A stretch of 30,548 nt of DNA, taken from the IMG/VR virus record IMGVR_UViG_3300044670_001989, positions 1-30,548 of that record. One strand, 5' to 3'. The first letter of the stretch is position 1. The number at the start of each line of letters is the position of its first letter. The notes under the pieces were generated by a model, which was given only the letters and a program-made list of their open reading frames with translations, was not told the DNA's origin and did not search any database. The position numbers were made by a program, and so were the translations under genes. Below are positions 15,408-24,535 of the stretch, in pieces. This DNA comes from a virus (Duplodnaviria > Caudoviricetes).

Positions 15408-16348
15408 TGAGAAAAGCAACAACCGGTCAGGACATCAAGTTTGTGTGGCATCCACGCACACCATACAGCGGCAACCCAACATTAACAGTGGGGTTCTCCA
15501 CTCCCTTTAGTAGCGTGCTCTCTCAGCTTCGCTCTGATGTGAGCGTCTCAAGTGTGGCTACTGATAGGAGGACATTAACCTTATCAGCGCCGGTAGTGAC
15601 TCAGCTTGAACGCGATGAGGTGAAGGCTTTCTTGCTCACCACTAGAGACACATGGTTTTCAGTTAAAGTCACTCGTTTAGGTGGCTCAACTGCTGTGCTC
15701 GCTGAGCCTCTACCAAGAGAGCTAGACTTGAGCACAGTGGCCACTCTGAACTTCTCGGCCTCATCAGTGACCATTGGCTCAGCCTATGCCACCACGGGCT
15801 TGTATCCCTACACAATCAGCTACACCAGCGAAGCCGGCGTGATTGATGCTGAGAGTGGAGTGCTGAAGGTTACGCCTCGGCCGTTTGACACGGGGCTTGA
15901 TCATGAGCAACTCACTGACCGTTTCCCTCAACTAGCTGACATGGTGCCGCGCCGTCAAAGTGATCTCTTGCCGCAGATTGACGCGGCCTTACATGAGATC
16001 ATCTTGGCGATTAGAGATCATGTGATTGCAGACAGCTGCACTGAGGATGAGGTCTTCAATCAGGGCTCATTCTTAAGCGCTCATGCTTATTGCTCAGCGG
16101 CTCTAGTCTACGAATCAGTTCTTCAACTCGACGTAGCGAGCGCAATGAGAGCGAGGTGTGAGGAGCTCCTCAAGTCTGCTCTTAGATCGCTAGTGTTAGA
16201 CCTAGATGGTGATGGTGTGATTGATGAGGGAGAGGTTGACCTAAGAAGATCAGGAGGCAGCGCTACAGACTTTAGGGCAAGCTGGCGATCATTTAATAAG
16301 AGCGCTTATGATGCTCGCTTCACTCCCAAGAGAGGAATGAGGCACTAA
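15404..16348 (+). CDS. Virion protein, probable head-tail adaptor with N-terminal beta-rich extension
   Basis: Position; helical C-terminal half; coupled overlaps. Confidence 0.5.
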   Translation: MMRKATTGQDIKFVWHPRTPYSGNPTLTVGFSTPFSSVLSQLRSDVSVSSVATDRRTLTLSAPVVTQLERDEVKAFLLTTRDTWFSVKVTRLGGSTAVLAEPLPRELDLSTVATLNFSASSVTIGSAYATTGLYPYTISYTSEAGVIDAESGVLKVTPRPFDTGLDHEQLTDRFPQLADMVPRRQSDLLPQIDAALHEIILAIRDHVIADSCTEDEVFNQGSFLSAHAYCSAALVYESVLQLDVASAMRARCEELLKSALRSLVLDLDGDGVIDEGEVDLRRSGGSATDFRASWRSFNKSAYDARFTPKRGMRH

Positions 16349-16866
16349 TGCCAGCGCGCGTTAATCTTAGTTTACCGTCTAGCCTGTGGACTGCTCGCGA
16401 CTCAATGAGGCTGGCCAGCAATACCCTGGCCTCAATCAAGATCAGAACGAGTAAAGGCATTGACGCCAGTGGCCGTCCATTCAAGGGATACTCCACAAGG
16501 CCGCTATATGTCTCTAAGAGAGGCGCAAGGCTGAAGCCCAAAGGAGGACGCAAGACCAAGACGGGTCTTAGTGTTTTCTATGAGGGCGGTTATAAGCAAT
16601 ACAAGCACGACTCAAGGAGGCGCGGCCGGCGATCAGGCACGGCCGAAGTTGATTTGGTTCTGTCGGGTAACATGATGAATAATCTAGTTGTGCTCAACGC
16701 GACCAAGAATGGCTTTGTAATTGGGCTCACTCAGCACGCTCAATATGGGTTTTATGTAAATGATGATCGCGAGTTCATAGGCCTGAGTCCGCGTGATGTT
16801 GAGATCTTAGTGGCTGCCGTTCAGGCTGAGCTAGTGAGCAAGATCAATGGGAGGAGGACGCGATGA
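16348..16866 (+). CDS. Neck/tail-completion (virion morphogenesis, Mu gpG-like) protein
   Basis: Basic; RTSKGIDASGRPFKGYS and VDLVLSGNMMNNL motifs. Confidence 0.65.
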   Translation: MPARVNLSLPSSLWTARDSMRLASNTLASIKIRTSKGIDASGRPFKGYSTRPLYVSKRGARLKPKGGRKTKTGLSVFYEGGYKQYKHDSRRRGRRSGTAEVDLVLSGNMMNNLVVLNATKNGFVIGLTQHAQYGFYVNDDREFIGLSPRDVEILVAAVQAELVSKINGRRTR

Positions 16867-17324
16867 GCCAAGGCATAGCCTCAGCGCTGACCCACCTAGA
16901 ATCCATGATTATGGAGGTGAGCCCAAAGAGGGATGTGCATCAAGGATTCGTTGCATTATCTAGAGCTGATGGCGCTACCTCGCCACTCAGTCAACGGGCT
17001 CACTCAAACAGATTCTTCACTCTTGAGATTGAGGGCTTCACGGAAGATGACGGGGCAGCCGGTCTCAGCGGTCGCCGGCGAGCTACCATCAATTTGAATG
17101 TTCGGTATGATATCCCAAGGGATCCACTGTATCTTCAGCGTATGATTGCAGAAGACGCTGACTCTTTATTGGTGCGGCTCAAAGGGCCAGAGTATGACCT
17201 CATCAATACGGGGATTGTGTCAGTCATTCCGGAGGCGCCATCACTGACAGATGTTGACCCAACCATAGAGTCAGGCTCTGTGATCCTGACCTTACCATTC
17301 ACTCTTCTTTACTTGGAGGCTTAA
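16863..17324 (+). CDS. Probable tail terminator protein
   Basis: 153 aa immediately before the tail tube gene; position-based. Confidence 0.5.
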   Translation: MSQGIASALTHLESMIMEVSPKRDVHQGFVALSRADGATSPLSQRAHSNRFFTLEIEGFTEDDGAAGLSGRRRATINLNVRYDIPRDPLYLQRMIAEDADSLLVRLKGPEYDLINTGIVSVIPEAPSLTDVDPTIESGSVILTLPFTLLYLEA

Positions 17325-17326
17325 CC

Positions 17327-18634
17327 ATGACGGTTACTCATAGATCAATAGGCGTGGCGGTTGAAAGCTCATTTGGCAGCTTGTCAGCGAGCACAGGACT
17401 ACCTGACAATTCAGGGTTAACTTACATCTCAATACCATGTGAGCGAGATCCAATCGTGATTCCTGGTGAGCCTGTGGCGAGCGAAAGAAATGATGCTAGA
17501 GATGGCGCCTACTTCGTCCCACCTGAGCCAGACACAGTGTGGTCAGGTGGAAGCAGGGTGAGAAGAAGAACAGGTCAAGTTGTTGTTCGGGTTGACCTCA
17601 CCACCGTTGGAACAAGCGCCGATACTTACGCCTCTAACTATCTTGGACACCTGCTTGGCGCCGGCCTAAAAAATCAGCTTCCGTCAATCGTTGACGGAGA
17701 CGCGGCCGCAGGGATCACCAACGTCAATACCTTTGCACCGACAACGCCTTATGCTGTCGGTGATGTGGGTTGCTTGATTGGCGCTAACCTCAATGGGCGT
17801 GCTGAATACTCAGCCATTACTGACAATGATGTGACGGGGAATGTGACAGTAAGCCCGGCCTTCAGCTCAGGCTTTACCGGAACACCAACACTCTACTCTT
17901 TGGCTACTTGGTTTGTGCCAAGCCGGAATGAGAGCGGCACCAAGGAACACTCTTTGAGCTTTCGGATTGATGGCGTTAATTATCGTTCCTATGCCTACGG
18001 CTGTGTTCTTGAGAGCCTGTCAATCTCGCTTGATAACGGTCGATTGATGGGAGAGTTCACATATCAGTCAGCGCTTATTCAGGATGACCACAGCAGCGCC
18101 AGTGGCCCAATTGAGCCTGTGTATAATGCAGGCTCACCACCATTCTTCAGAGGCTCTTATGTGGTGATTAGTGACGGCTCACCGGCCAGCCTTGCCAATG
18201 GAACGGTGGGAGAAACACAGGGCCGGATTGCGCTTGATTGTGAAGACTTCAGCTTGACGCTCACCAATACACTGACGCCTCTTGGTCACAGCAATTCCAT
18301 TCTCGCAATGAGCGGCATGGATATAAGTGATGTAAGCGTTGAGCTGAGCCTGACCCTAAGCTCAGTCAACACCACAGTGGCAGACGATTATTTTAATCGC
18401 ACTGTTCGACAAGTCATTGTGGGCACTGGCCCAATTGGAGATGGGAAGGGTTGCGCTCTTATGATTCCTGCCGCTCAGCTCACCAATGACCCAAGCGCTT
18501 ATGATGTCAGCGGCAATGATATTGTGAGGCAGACCTTGACCTATCAGCAGTCTCGATATGCTGGAGACTTCACCACGGCATCATATGAGAGCGGCGCTGG
18601 AAACAGTCCGTTCAGGTTAGGGCTAGGAGTGTAA
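17327..18634 (+). CDS. Major tail tube protein
   Basis: IGVAVESSFG N-terminal motif, YGCVLESLSISL, FSLTLTNTL; precedes chaperone and tape measure. Confidence 0.75.
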   Translation: MTVTHRSIGVAVESSFGSLSASTGLPDNSGLTYISIPCERDPIVIPGEPVASERNDARDGAYFVPPEPDTVWSGGSRVRRRTGQVVVRVDLTTVGTSADTYASNYLGHLLGAGLKNQLPSIVDGDAAAGITNVNTFAPTTPYAVGDVGCLIGANLNGRAEYSAITDNDVTGNVTVSPAFSSGFTGTPTLYSLATWFVPSRNESGTKEHSLSFRIDGVNYRSYAYGCVLESLSISLDNGRLMGEFTYQSALIQDDHSSASGPIEPVYNAGSPPFFRGSYVVISDGSPASLANGTVGETQGRIALDCEDFSLTLTNTLTPLGHSNSILAMSGMDISDVSVELSLTLSSVNTTVADDYFNRTVRQVIVGTGPIGDGKGCALMIPAAQLTNDPSAYDVSGNDIVRQTLTYQQSRYAGDFTTASYESGAGNSPFRLGLGV

Positions 18635-18635
18635 T

Positions 18636-19148
18636 ATGGCCATCAGGTTTCTCACCAACTCTGAAGACACAATTGAGGTTGTGGCTACGTGTGACTCTGA
18701 GGTGATGGCTAGTGAAGAACAGCGAGCTAAATATTTAGAGCTTGCAGACCTTGACGCGCTTGAGTCCATTGGCAGAGGAGCCACCATATTTAAGCTGAAG
18801 GCTCTCTCTCCTAGTGAGCGCGAGGAGGCAGAGATTAGGGCCGGCGCTCTCCAACGCTCTGAGCTTGGGAGAATGCTTTGGAGTGAAGCCCCAAGTGATT
18901 CTTCTGAGCGTGCTCGCTGGCATCACGAACTATCCAATGATGAGCGTGAGGCAATGGCTCAATATAACGCCTATCTTTCGAGAGTCTATACTGAGATGAT
19001 CAGAGCAAGCCTGGTGTCTATAGATGGCGAGTCAGCGAGCGTTGAGCAGCTCGCCAGTATCAGGCCAGACTCTCAGCGCCTTCAGGTCATCTCAGAGTTA
19101 GTGCTCCACATTCAGAGAATCAGCCTCTTAGGCATCGAGGGAAAATAG
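18636..19148 (+). CDS. Tail assembly chaperone (lambda gpG-like)
   Basis: Between tube and tape measure; ends ...EGK* on a slippery heptamer. Confidence 0.8.
   Translation: MAIRFLTNSEDTIEVVATCDSEVMASEEQRAKYLELADLDALESIGRGATIFKLKALSPSEREEAEIRAGALQRSELGRMLWSEAPSDSSERARWHHELSNDEREAMAQYNAYLSRVYTEMIRASLVSIDGESASVEQLASIRPDSQRLQVISELVLHIQRISLLGIEGK
19139..19145 (+). other. Programmed -1 ribosomal frameshift site G GGA AAA
   Basis: XXXYYYZ heptamer in the correct phase just before TAG; the -1 frame is open from 19139 to 19576. Confidence 0.85.
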
Positions 19149-19576
19149 GGCTAGCGGCTTCTGTCTGGCTCAGCCATTCAAGAGGCCGCGCTTGGAGCTG
19201 TGACCAATGCAGAGCAAGACCATCTCTTAGGACTCTTCGTGGTTCTTGTGGTGGAGCGTTCCAGCCGGGCTTACCGTTGAGCCAAGAAGATGAGGCCGGC
19301 CTCTATGTCGATGGGTTTAGGGTTTGTCCTGATAGCGGTGAAGAGTTCGCTGAGTTGAAGGTTAGATCTTGTCCAGTCGCGAGCGCCAATAAGATGGCGG
19401 CTCTTATCGTCTCTTATCGTCGCCATCGCTCTGGCATCTACCCCATTGAGAAGGCGTATCCTCAACCGACCTGTGCTATCATTGAGGCGATGGAGACGCT
19501 ACACCACAACACTGAGGCCGCGCAAATTAGAGCGCAAGAGAGGGCCAGTCAGGAGATAAGCCATGGCACAAAATGA
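19139..19576 (+). CDS. Frameshift extension of tail chaperone (gpT-like portion of G-T fusion)
   Basis: -1 frame reads GKIGLAASVWLSHSRGRAWSCDQC...LPLSQEDEAG, continuous with track ORF 19277..19576. Confidence 0.8.
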   Translation, partial: GKIGLAASVWLSHSRGRAWSCDQCRARPSLRTLRGSCGGAFQPGLPLSQEDEAGLYVDGFRVCPDSGEEFAELKVRSCPVASANKMAALIVSYRRHRSGIYPIEKAYPQPTCAIIEAMETLHHNTEAAQIRAQERASQEISHGTK

Positions 19577-21644
19577 GATTGATATTGAGGTTAACGTTGA
19601 CGCCAACAAAGCGCTCAAGAACATGGAGAAGCTTGAAGCCGCCGGGGAGGCAGTGGGCGAAAGCTTCAACTCTTTGGGTGGCGCTGTTGGTGCCATGGGT
19701 GGCGTGCTCAATGAAAACCTTGGTGCTCTCGGTGAAAGTATGGGGGGATTGACTGAGGCGTTGGTGGGAGTAGGTCAGGCCGCTAGGGGTTCGGGTATGT
19801 CATTCACAGCGTTGGCCGGCCCCATTGGAATGATTGGGGTTGCGTTGGTCGAAGCGTATCAGGCTTACCGTGATTTTGTTGGTGTTAACCGTGACGCGGA
19901 AATCAACACTAAGGCCTATGAGATCGCCACCGGAGAACTCACAACTGCAATAGAGGAGCTGGCTACAGCTCAAGTTAAACTCAATAGAGCTCAAATCCAA
20001 GAGCTCATGACTTTAAGTATGAGTGCTAAGATCCCAATTGAACGCGCTCAAATGTTACGCGAAGACAACGCTGACAGGGTTCGGCGGCTAGACATCATTG
20101 ATCGAGAAATTGCCCAGATACATAGGCAGAATCGGGAAATGACCGCGATGGAGAGAGCGCAAAGATCTCTCTATAGTTCAGGCCTAACGGAGAGACGACT
20201 CAATGATTTAACTAGAGAGAGGATAGCGCTTAAGGAAGAGCTCAACCGTAAAGAGATGGAGTCTATCGATTTAATGATTGAGGGCTCAGAGCTCTTCGCC
20301 AAGTTTGAGGCGCGTAAGCTAGAGCTAGAAAAACAGAGTGCGGAGTACAAGGAGGAGGTAGCCAAGAAAGAACAGGCGCTTCTAGATGATGCAGCGGTTA
20401 AGAATCTCGCTCGCTCGAAGCACACGCTTGAAACTCAAAACAGGCTTGCTCTGATGGAGACTGAGAAGCGGATTAGAGAAATCAACGCAATGGAGGACAT
20501 CAGTAACGAGGTTAGAGCCAAGGCTGTTATAGCTGAGCAAAAAGCCCTTCTTGCTCGCTTCGATGAGCTACGCAAAGCAGACGCTGAGAAACAGGTTGCT
20601 AGAGCTAAACAAGCTCAGGCCATGAGAAGCGCGGCAGCTCTAAGGCGCTTGGCTTTAGAGCGTAAGACCCAAAGTGAGCTTGATAGAATTAGGCGTGCTG
20701 AGATCGAACAGCTAAGACTTCAAGGAGCCTCTCAGCTTGATGTATTGGAGATGAACCAAGAGCTAGCTCTCAAGGCTGTGCAGAAGAATGAGCGCCTTAA
20801 GACTGCCGTGATGCTGGAGTTTGAAAACAAGCGCACCAAGATCATGCAGGAGCAAGAGCGCAAGCGAGCAGAGGAGGCTAAGCGAGCGGCAGAGAAGGAG
20901 CGCCAAGAGGCAGAGCGCCGGCGAGCCTTTGAGTTTAACTCAGCAGAGTTTGACGCTCAGAGGATAAAGGATGGACTTGAGAGAGAGTTAGCGTTGCTAG
21001 ACCTCAAGTATCGTAAAGAGTTGGAGATGGCGGAGCGCTCTCAATCTGAGATTACTGAGCTCAGCAGAAGATACGCCATAGAGCGAGAAGAAATTACTGA
21101 GGCGACCACCAAGGCACAGATTGAAGCCGCGGCCCAACTTACATCAATCGTTAGTGATGGCCTGGCGGAGAGCGCTTATCATGCCGTGTTGCTTGGTGAG
21201 AGCTTCACTGAGAGCATTAGTAAGATACTGATTGGACTTGGTAAAGAGGCATCTGTAAGATCACTCATGGAGCTCGCCAGTGGAGTGGCGGCCCTGTACT
21301 ACAATCCAGCGCTCGCGGCCGGTCACTTCAAGGCGGCCGGCTTCTACGCCACAGCAGCGGCAGTAGTTGGCACTGGAGGCTTAGCGCTTGGCGGTGGCGG
21401 TGGCGGTGGCGGTGACTCAGTGAGTGCGAAAAAGAGCGCCTCAGCCTCTCCATCAGGCTCACCACAATCAGCGCCCAAACCACAGAGAGAGAGGGCTGAA
21501 TCTCAAGCCCTAGTCTTCAACATCAACTTTGGCAATAGCACAATATATGACACCAAGCGAGCCGCTCAGGATGCAATGGCCTCAGAGATCATGAGGACAA
21601 TGCAACGGCAGAGACGGGGCGCGCCTCGATTTATGGGAGTGTGA
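19563..21644 (+). CDS. Tail tape measure protein
   Basis: 693 aa; IDIEVNVD start, hydrophobic Gly/Ala segments, long coiled coil, FNINFG C-terminal motif; position. Confidence 0.85.
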   Translation: MAQNEIDIEVNVDANKALKNMEKLEAAGEAVGESFNSLGGAVGAMGGVLNENLGALGESMGGLTEALVGVGQAARGSGMSFTALAGPIGMIGVALVEAYQAYRDFVGVNRDAEINTKAYEIATGELTTAIEELATAQVKLNRAQIQELMTLSMSAKIPIERAQMLREDNADRVRRLDIIDREIAQIHRQNREMTAMERAQRSLYSSGLTERRLNDLTRERIALKEELNRKEMESIDLMIEGSELFAKFEARKLELEKQSAEYKEEVAKKEQALLDDAAVKNLARSKHTLETQNRLALMETEKRIREINAMEDISNEVRAKAVIAEQKALLARFDELRKADAEKQVARAKQAQAMRSAAALRRLALERKTQSELDRIRRAEIEQLRLQGASQLDVLEMNQELALKAVQKNERLKTAVMLEFENKRTKIMQEQERKRAEEAKRAAEKERQEAERRRAFEFNSAEFDAQRIKDGLERELALLDLKYRKELEMAERSQSEITELSRRYAIEREEITEATTKAQIEAAAQLTSIVSDGLAESAYHAVLLGESFTESISKILIGLGKEASVRSLMELASGVAALYYNPALAAGHFKAAGFYATAAAVVGTGGLALGGGGGGGGDSVSAKKSASASPSGSPQSAPKPQRERAESQALVFNINFGNSTIYDTKRAAQDAMASEIMRTMQRQRRGAPRFMGV

Positions 21645-21647
21645 CAG

Positions 21648-22853
21648 ATGCCTCTTAATAACCCGGCTCCAAACTTTGGCCTCTTGACTGCCTATGATCT
21701 CAGAGCTCAGGACAGCACCAAGATCTTTACTCGCGGATCTAATGCCGTCCATCTGCCTTCCTTCTCAACGGGTGAAGGTGTCTATGAAGACGCGCTCTTT
21801 CTCCTAAATGGAAGGGCCAGTCACACGAACAACACAGCCACAGACCAGCTTCAAACGCTCTCTAATTTTGGTAGCTCATGGACGGTGAGCATTAGCTCTA
21901 GTGACAAGGTAACCATCACCTCAGATGCTCAATTCAAGCTCCTGCTCACTGGCTCAGATGACCCGTTTGGTTTTGGATCAAGCACAATCCCATCAGTAGC
22001 ATCAGGCTCTAATTGGGTTGTCGAAGCTTCGGGAGATTGGGCTAGAGGATTACTCGACCTCACCAACGTTTCTTATCAAGTCATAGAGACCGGTGGTAGC
22101 CTGACCTTCAATTGGCCGGCAGTGCGGAAGCTGAAGATACAAGACGTACCCACCTTCATTAGAGACAGATCGACAGTTGCAGACGCGGACGCTTTCGGCC
22201 TGAGCTCTATTGAGGAGCTCGACCAAACAGCAGCCTCTAACCCTGGCATCACATGGGCGCTAACAGATCAAGGCTACGTCCAAACTTACTACCTCACATC
22301 ACTAGGGGATATCGTGTGGAATGATGATGAGGTGAGAAGCCTGTTAGGGTTTGAGGGTGATGAGGTGCCGGTCATCTCCGGCGTCTATTCTCAGCTCACC
22401 TCCACTCATAAAGCGGCCGGTGTTCTGATTCCTAGCCGGCCTTATCAAGACCATCATTTGAGAGTCACTAACCTTAGTCAAGCACGCCGGCTGATTGGTG
22501 GCGGGTATGCCTCCAACTTCGTGGGCTCTTATGTCTCTTCGGCGTTGCTCTTTAATCTGGATGCTCTGCTTGATGAGGTCAGCGACTATCGGCACTTCTC
22601 AAATCGTTGGCTGCCTCTGTGCTCGCAAGGTGAGCGCGTCAATTTCTATCAGGCGTGGGGAGACTCAAGGCGAGCGCTTAGGGATGCTCAGATCACCTCT
22701 GCTCAACCCGCTTATGATTCGCTTTACACCTCAGAGGATGACGGGGAGTATGGGAGAATTAGAGGGTCAATGTTGAGTAGTGAGTTTGATCTGGCATATC
22801 CGGGCCGGCTCAAAAGACGAGTGCCCGTTCAGATGGAGATCGAGCATCTATGA
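21648..22853 (+). CDS. Tail tip/distal tail protein (putative)
   Basis: First gene after tape measure; beta-rich; position-based. Confidence 0.55.
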   Translation: MPLNNPAPNFGLLTAYDLRAQDSTKIFTRGSNAVHLPSFSTGEGVYEDALFLLNGRASHTNNTATDQLQTLSNFGSSWTVSISSSDKVTITSDAQFKLLLTGSDDPFGFGSSTIPSVASGSNWVVEASGDWARGLLDLTNVSYQVIETGGSLTFNWPAVRKLKIQDVPTFIRDRSTVADADAFGLSSIEELDQTAASNPGITWALTDQGYVQTYYLTSLGDIVWNDDEVRSLLGFEGDEVPVISGVYSQLTSTHKAAGVLIPSRPYQDHHLRVTNLSQARRLIGGGYASNFVGSYVSSALLFNLDALLDEVSDYRHFSNRWLPLCSQGERVNFYQAWGDSRRALRDAQITSAQPAYDSLYTSEDDGEYGRIRGSMLSSEFDLAYPGRLKRRVPVQMEIEHL

Positions 22854-23926
22854 GTAATACATTCACATCACCACCGGTCTTAGTTGATCCTAGCCGAGTC
22901 ACGGCAGGTTTGACCATCAGGTCAGAGGAGGCATCACGGCTAGGAGATATGGGCAATTATTCCTTTGCTCAGGTGGGCTGTGGCAATGTGATCAGCCAAG
23001 CATGGGATGATCAAGTCTGGCCATTCAGCGCCAACTCCATGACTGACGTGTGTGAGTGGGTGGTGCCTCATCCATCTGAAGAGCACGTCACCTTTGACTT
23101 CGTCCTGATGGCTCACTCCACTCAGCCCGGCAGCTCAGCGAAAGTCACCGTTGAGTTTCCATTGAGCGGCAACACATATTTCTCAACCTCGACCATCTCA
23201 GATTCAGCGCGATTTGGAAGCGCCTTTGAACTGATCACTGTGAGCATCAGCGCGGTTGAGGATGAGACGATTGCTCAGGTAAGACTATCTCTTGAGGCTG
23301 GCTCAGGTGCTGTTGTGTATGTGGCAGGAGTGCAGGCATCTTGGGCCGCTCTCTCTTCTCCTCTGGCGGCCAGAGCTCTTGATCAATATGGAGAGTCATT
23401 TATGCCATCAGGCATCTCAAGGCTAGGTGCTGACCTGCCCTTGACCTCTCGCTTTGGCGTCGATCAGATCAACAATATTGGAATGTTGAGAAAGCGCAAG
23501 CGGACCCTTTTAAGCTGGTCTGGTGCAAGCGTGAGCGATACCTACACCTTATCAGGCACCTCTCATAGAGCAGCGCAAGGGCTAGGGTCTTTTGATCCTC
23601 AGTTGCTGTATTCTGAAACGGCGCTCTTTGCGGGTATGCCGGAGACTGGTCTGGATGTAGACGTATACATCAAAGCCGCTAACGTTGGTGGCACTGCTCT
23701 TGATGTTGAGATCTTTGGTTATAGATTTAGTATCTCCTCAAACGGTTGGAGCTCCTACGGGGTAGACTTGCGACAGCCTGAGCTGGCCAGAGGCGTTGAG
23801 TTTAGATTGCCTATGTATCGAGTCGGACTAGAGCCCACTCAGCTCAACACTGATAACCTGCTTTCGGACACCAACCGAATCTCAACAGCGCCTCATATAA
23901 TCGGCCTTTGTATATTAGGGGTTTAG
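22850..23926 (+). CDS. Minor tail/virion protein (putative)
   Basis: Long coupled ORF in tail module. Confidence 0.5.
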   Translation: MSNTFTSPPVLVDPSRVTAGLTIRSEEASRLGDMGNYSFAQVGCGNVISQAWDDQVWPFSANSMTDVCEWVVPHPSEEHVTFDFVLMAHSTQPGSSAKVTVEFPLSGNTYFSTSTISDSARFGSAFELITVSISAVEDETIAQVRLSLEAGSGAVVYVAGVQASWAALSSPLAARALDQYGESFMPSGISRLGADLPLTSRFGVDQINNIGMLRKRKRTLLSWSGASVSDTYTLSGTSHRAAQGLGSFDPQLLYSETALFAGMPETGLDVDVYIKAANVGGTALDVEIFGYRFSISSNGWSSYGVDLRQPELARGVEFRLPMYRVGLEPTQLNTDNLLSDTNRISTAPHIIGLCILGV

Positions 23927-23929
23927 CTC

Positions 23930-24535
23930 ATGCTTATACCAACAGCTTATCAGAGACTGCCAAGCGTTCAGGGCTGTTATAATGGGCAGCTTCTCTTCGG
24001 TGGTGCAGTTTCTCAAATGGCCTCAGCGCTCGCCCAAATCACTAGAGCTAAAGCACTGAGCGAAGCCCATTATTATGTAGGGCGTGGCGTGCTCACCTCT
24101 GCCGGCGGTCGCTCATATTTGGGCTTTGGGCTGAAAGGCGCGACCACCTATCACTTCATCCATAGAGCAAATCCGGCGGCCTCTCATCTTGGTCTCGTCT
24201 TTAAATACATCAGCGCGAATCACCGGACAGCAGCGGTAAGAGCTGACTTTAAGCTGAGAGCCACGGCAGGCAACTCTTACACAGGCACCACTCTTGATTA
24301 TGGGATCAGGTTCAGTGAGGTTGAGCTAGAGTCATCTCCTCGAACGCCGGCGGTATCGAGCACAGGAGCTGAGCTTATTGAAGCGCCCACCAACACCACA
24401 CCAGAAGCGCCACGGCCTTTATATATCCCTGTGGCCAATCGTGGTGAGCTGCTTAATATAGAGCTGGAGGCAACGCAGATAATACCGCTCTCAGTCTCCA
24501 TCTATGATCTCTTCATTGCAGAGGTAGCACCATGA
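23930..24535 (+). CDS. Minor tail/virion protein (putative)
   Basis: Coupled ORF in tail module. Confidence 0.5.
   Translation: MLIPTAYQRLPSVQGCYNGQLLFGGAVSQMASALAQITRAKALSEAHYYVGRGVLTSAGGRSYLGFGLKGATTYHFIHRANPAASHLGLVFKYISANHRTAAVRADFKLRATAGNSYTGTTLDYGIRFSEVELESSPRTPAVSSTGAELIEAPTNTTPEAPRPLYIPVANRGELLNIELEATQIIPLSVSIYDLFIAEVAP

Noticed and set aside
17327-18634. Contractile tail sheath
   Set aside because: Motifs fit a tube protein; no separate tube gene or baseplate wedge genes are evident.
21642-23932. Stop-codon readthrough or alternative genetic code (in-frame junctions TGA-CAG-ATG at 21642 and TAG-CTC-ATG at 23924)
   Set aside because: Genes are full length in the standard code and all three stops are used; in-frame junctions are expected by chance among tightly packed genes.
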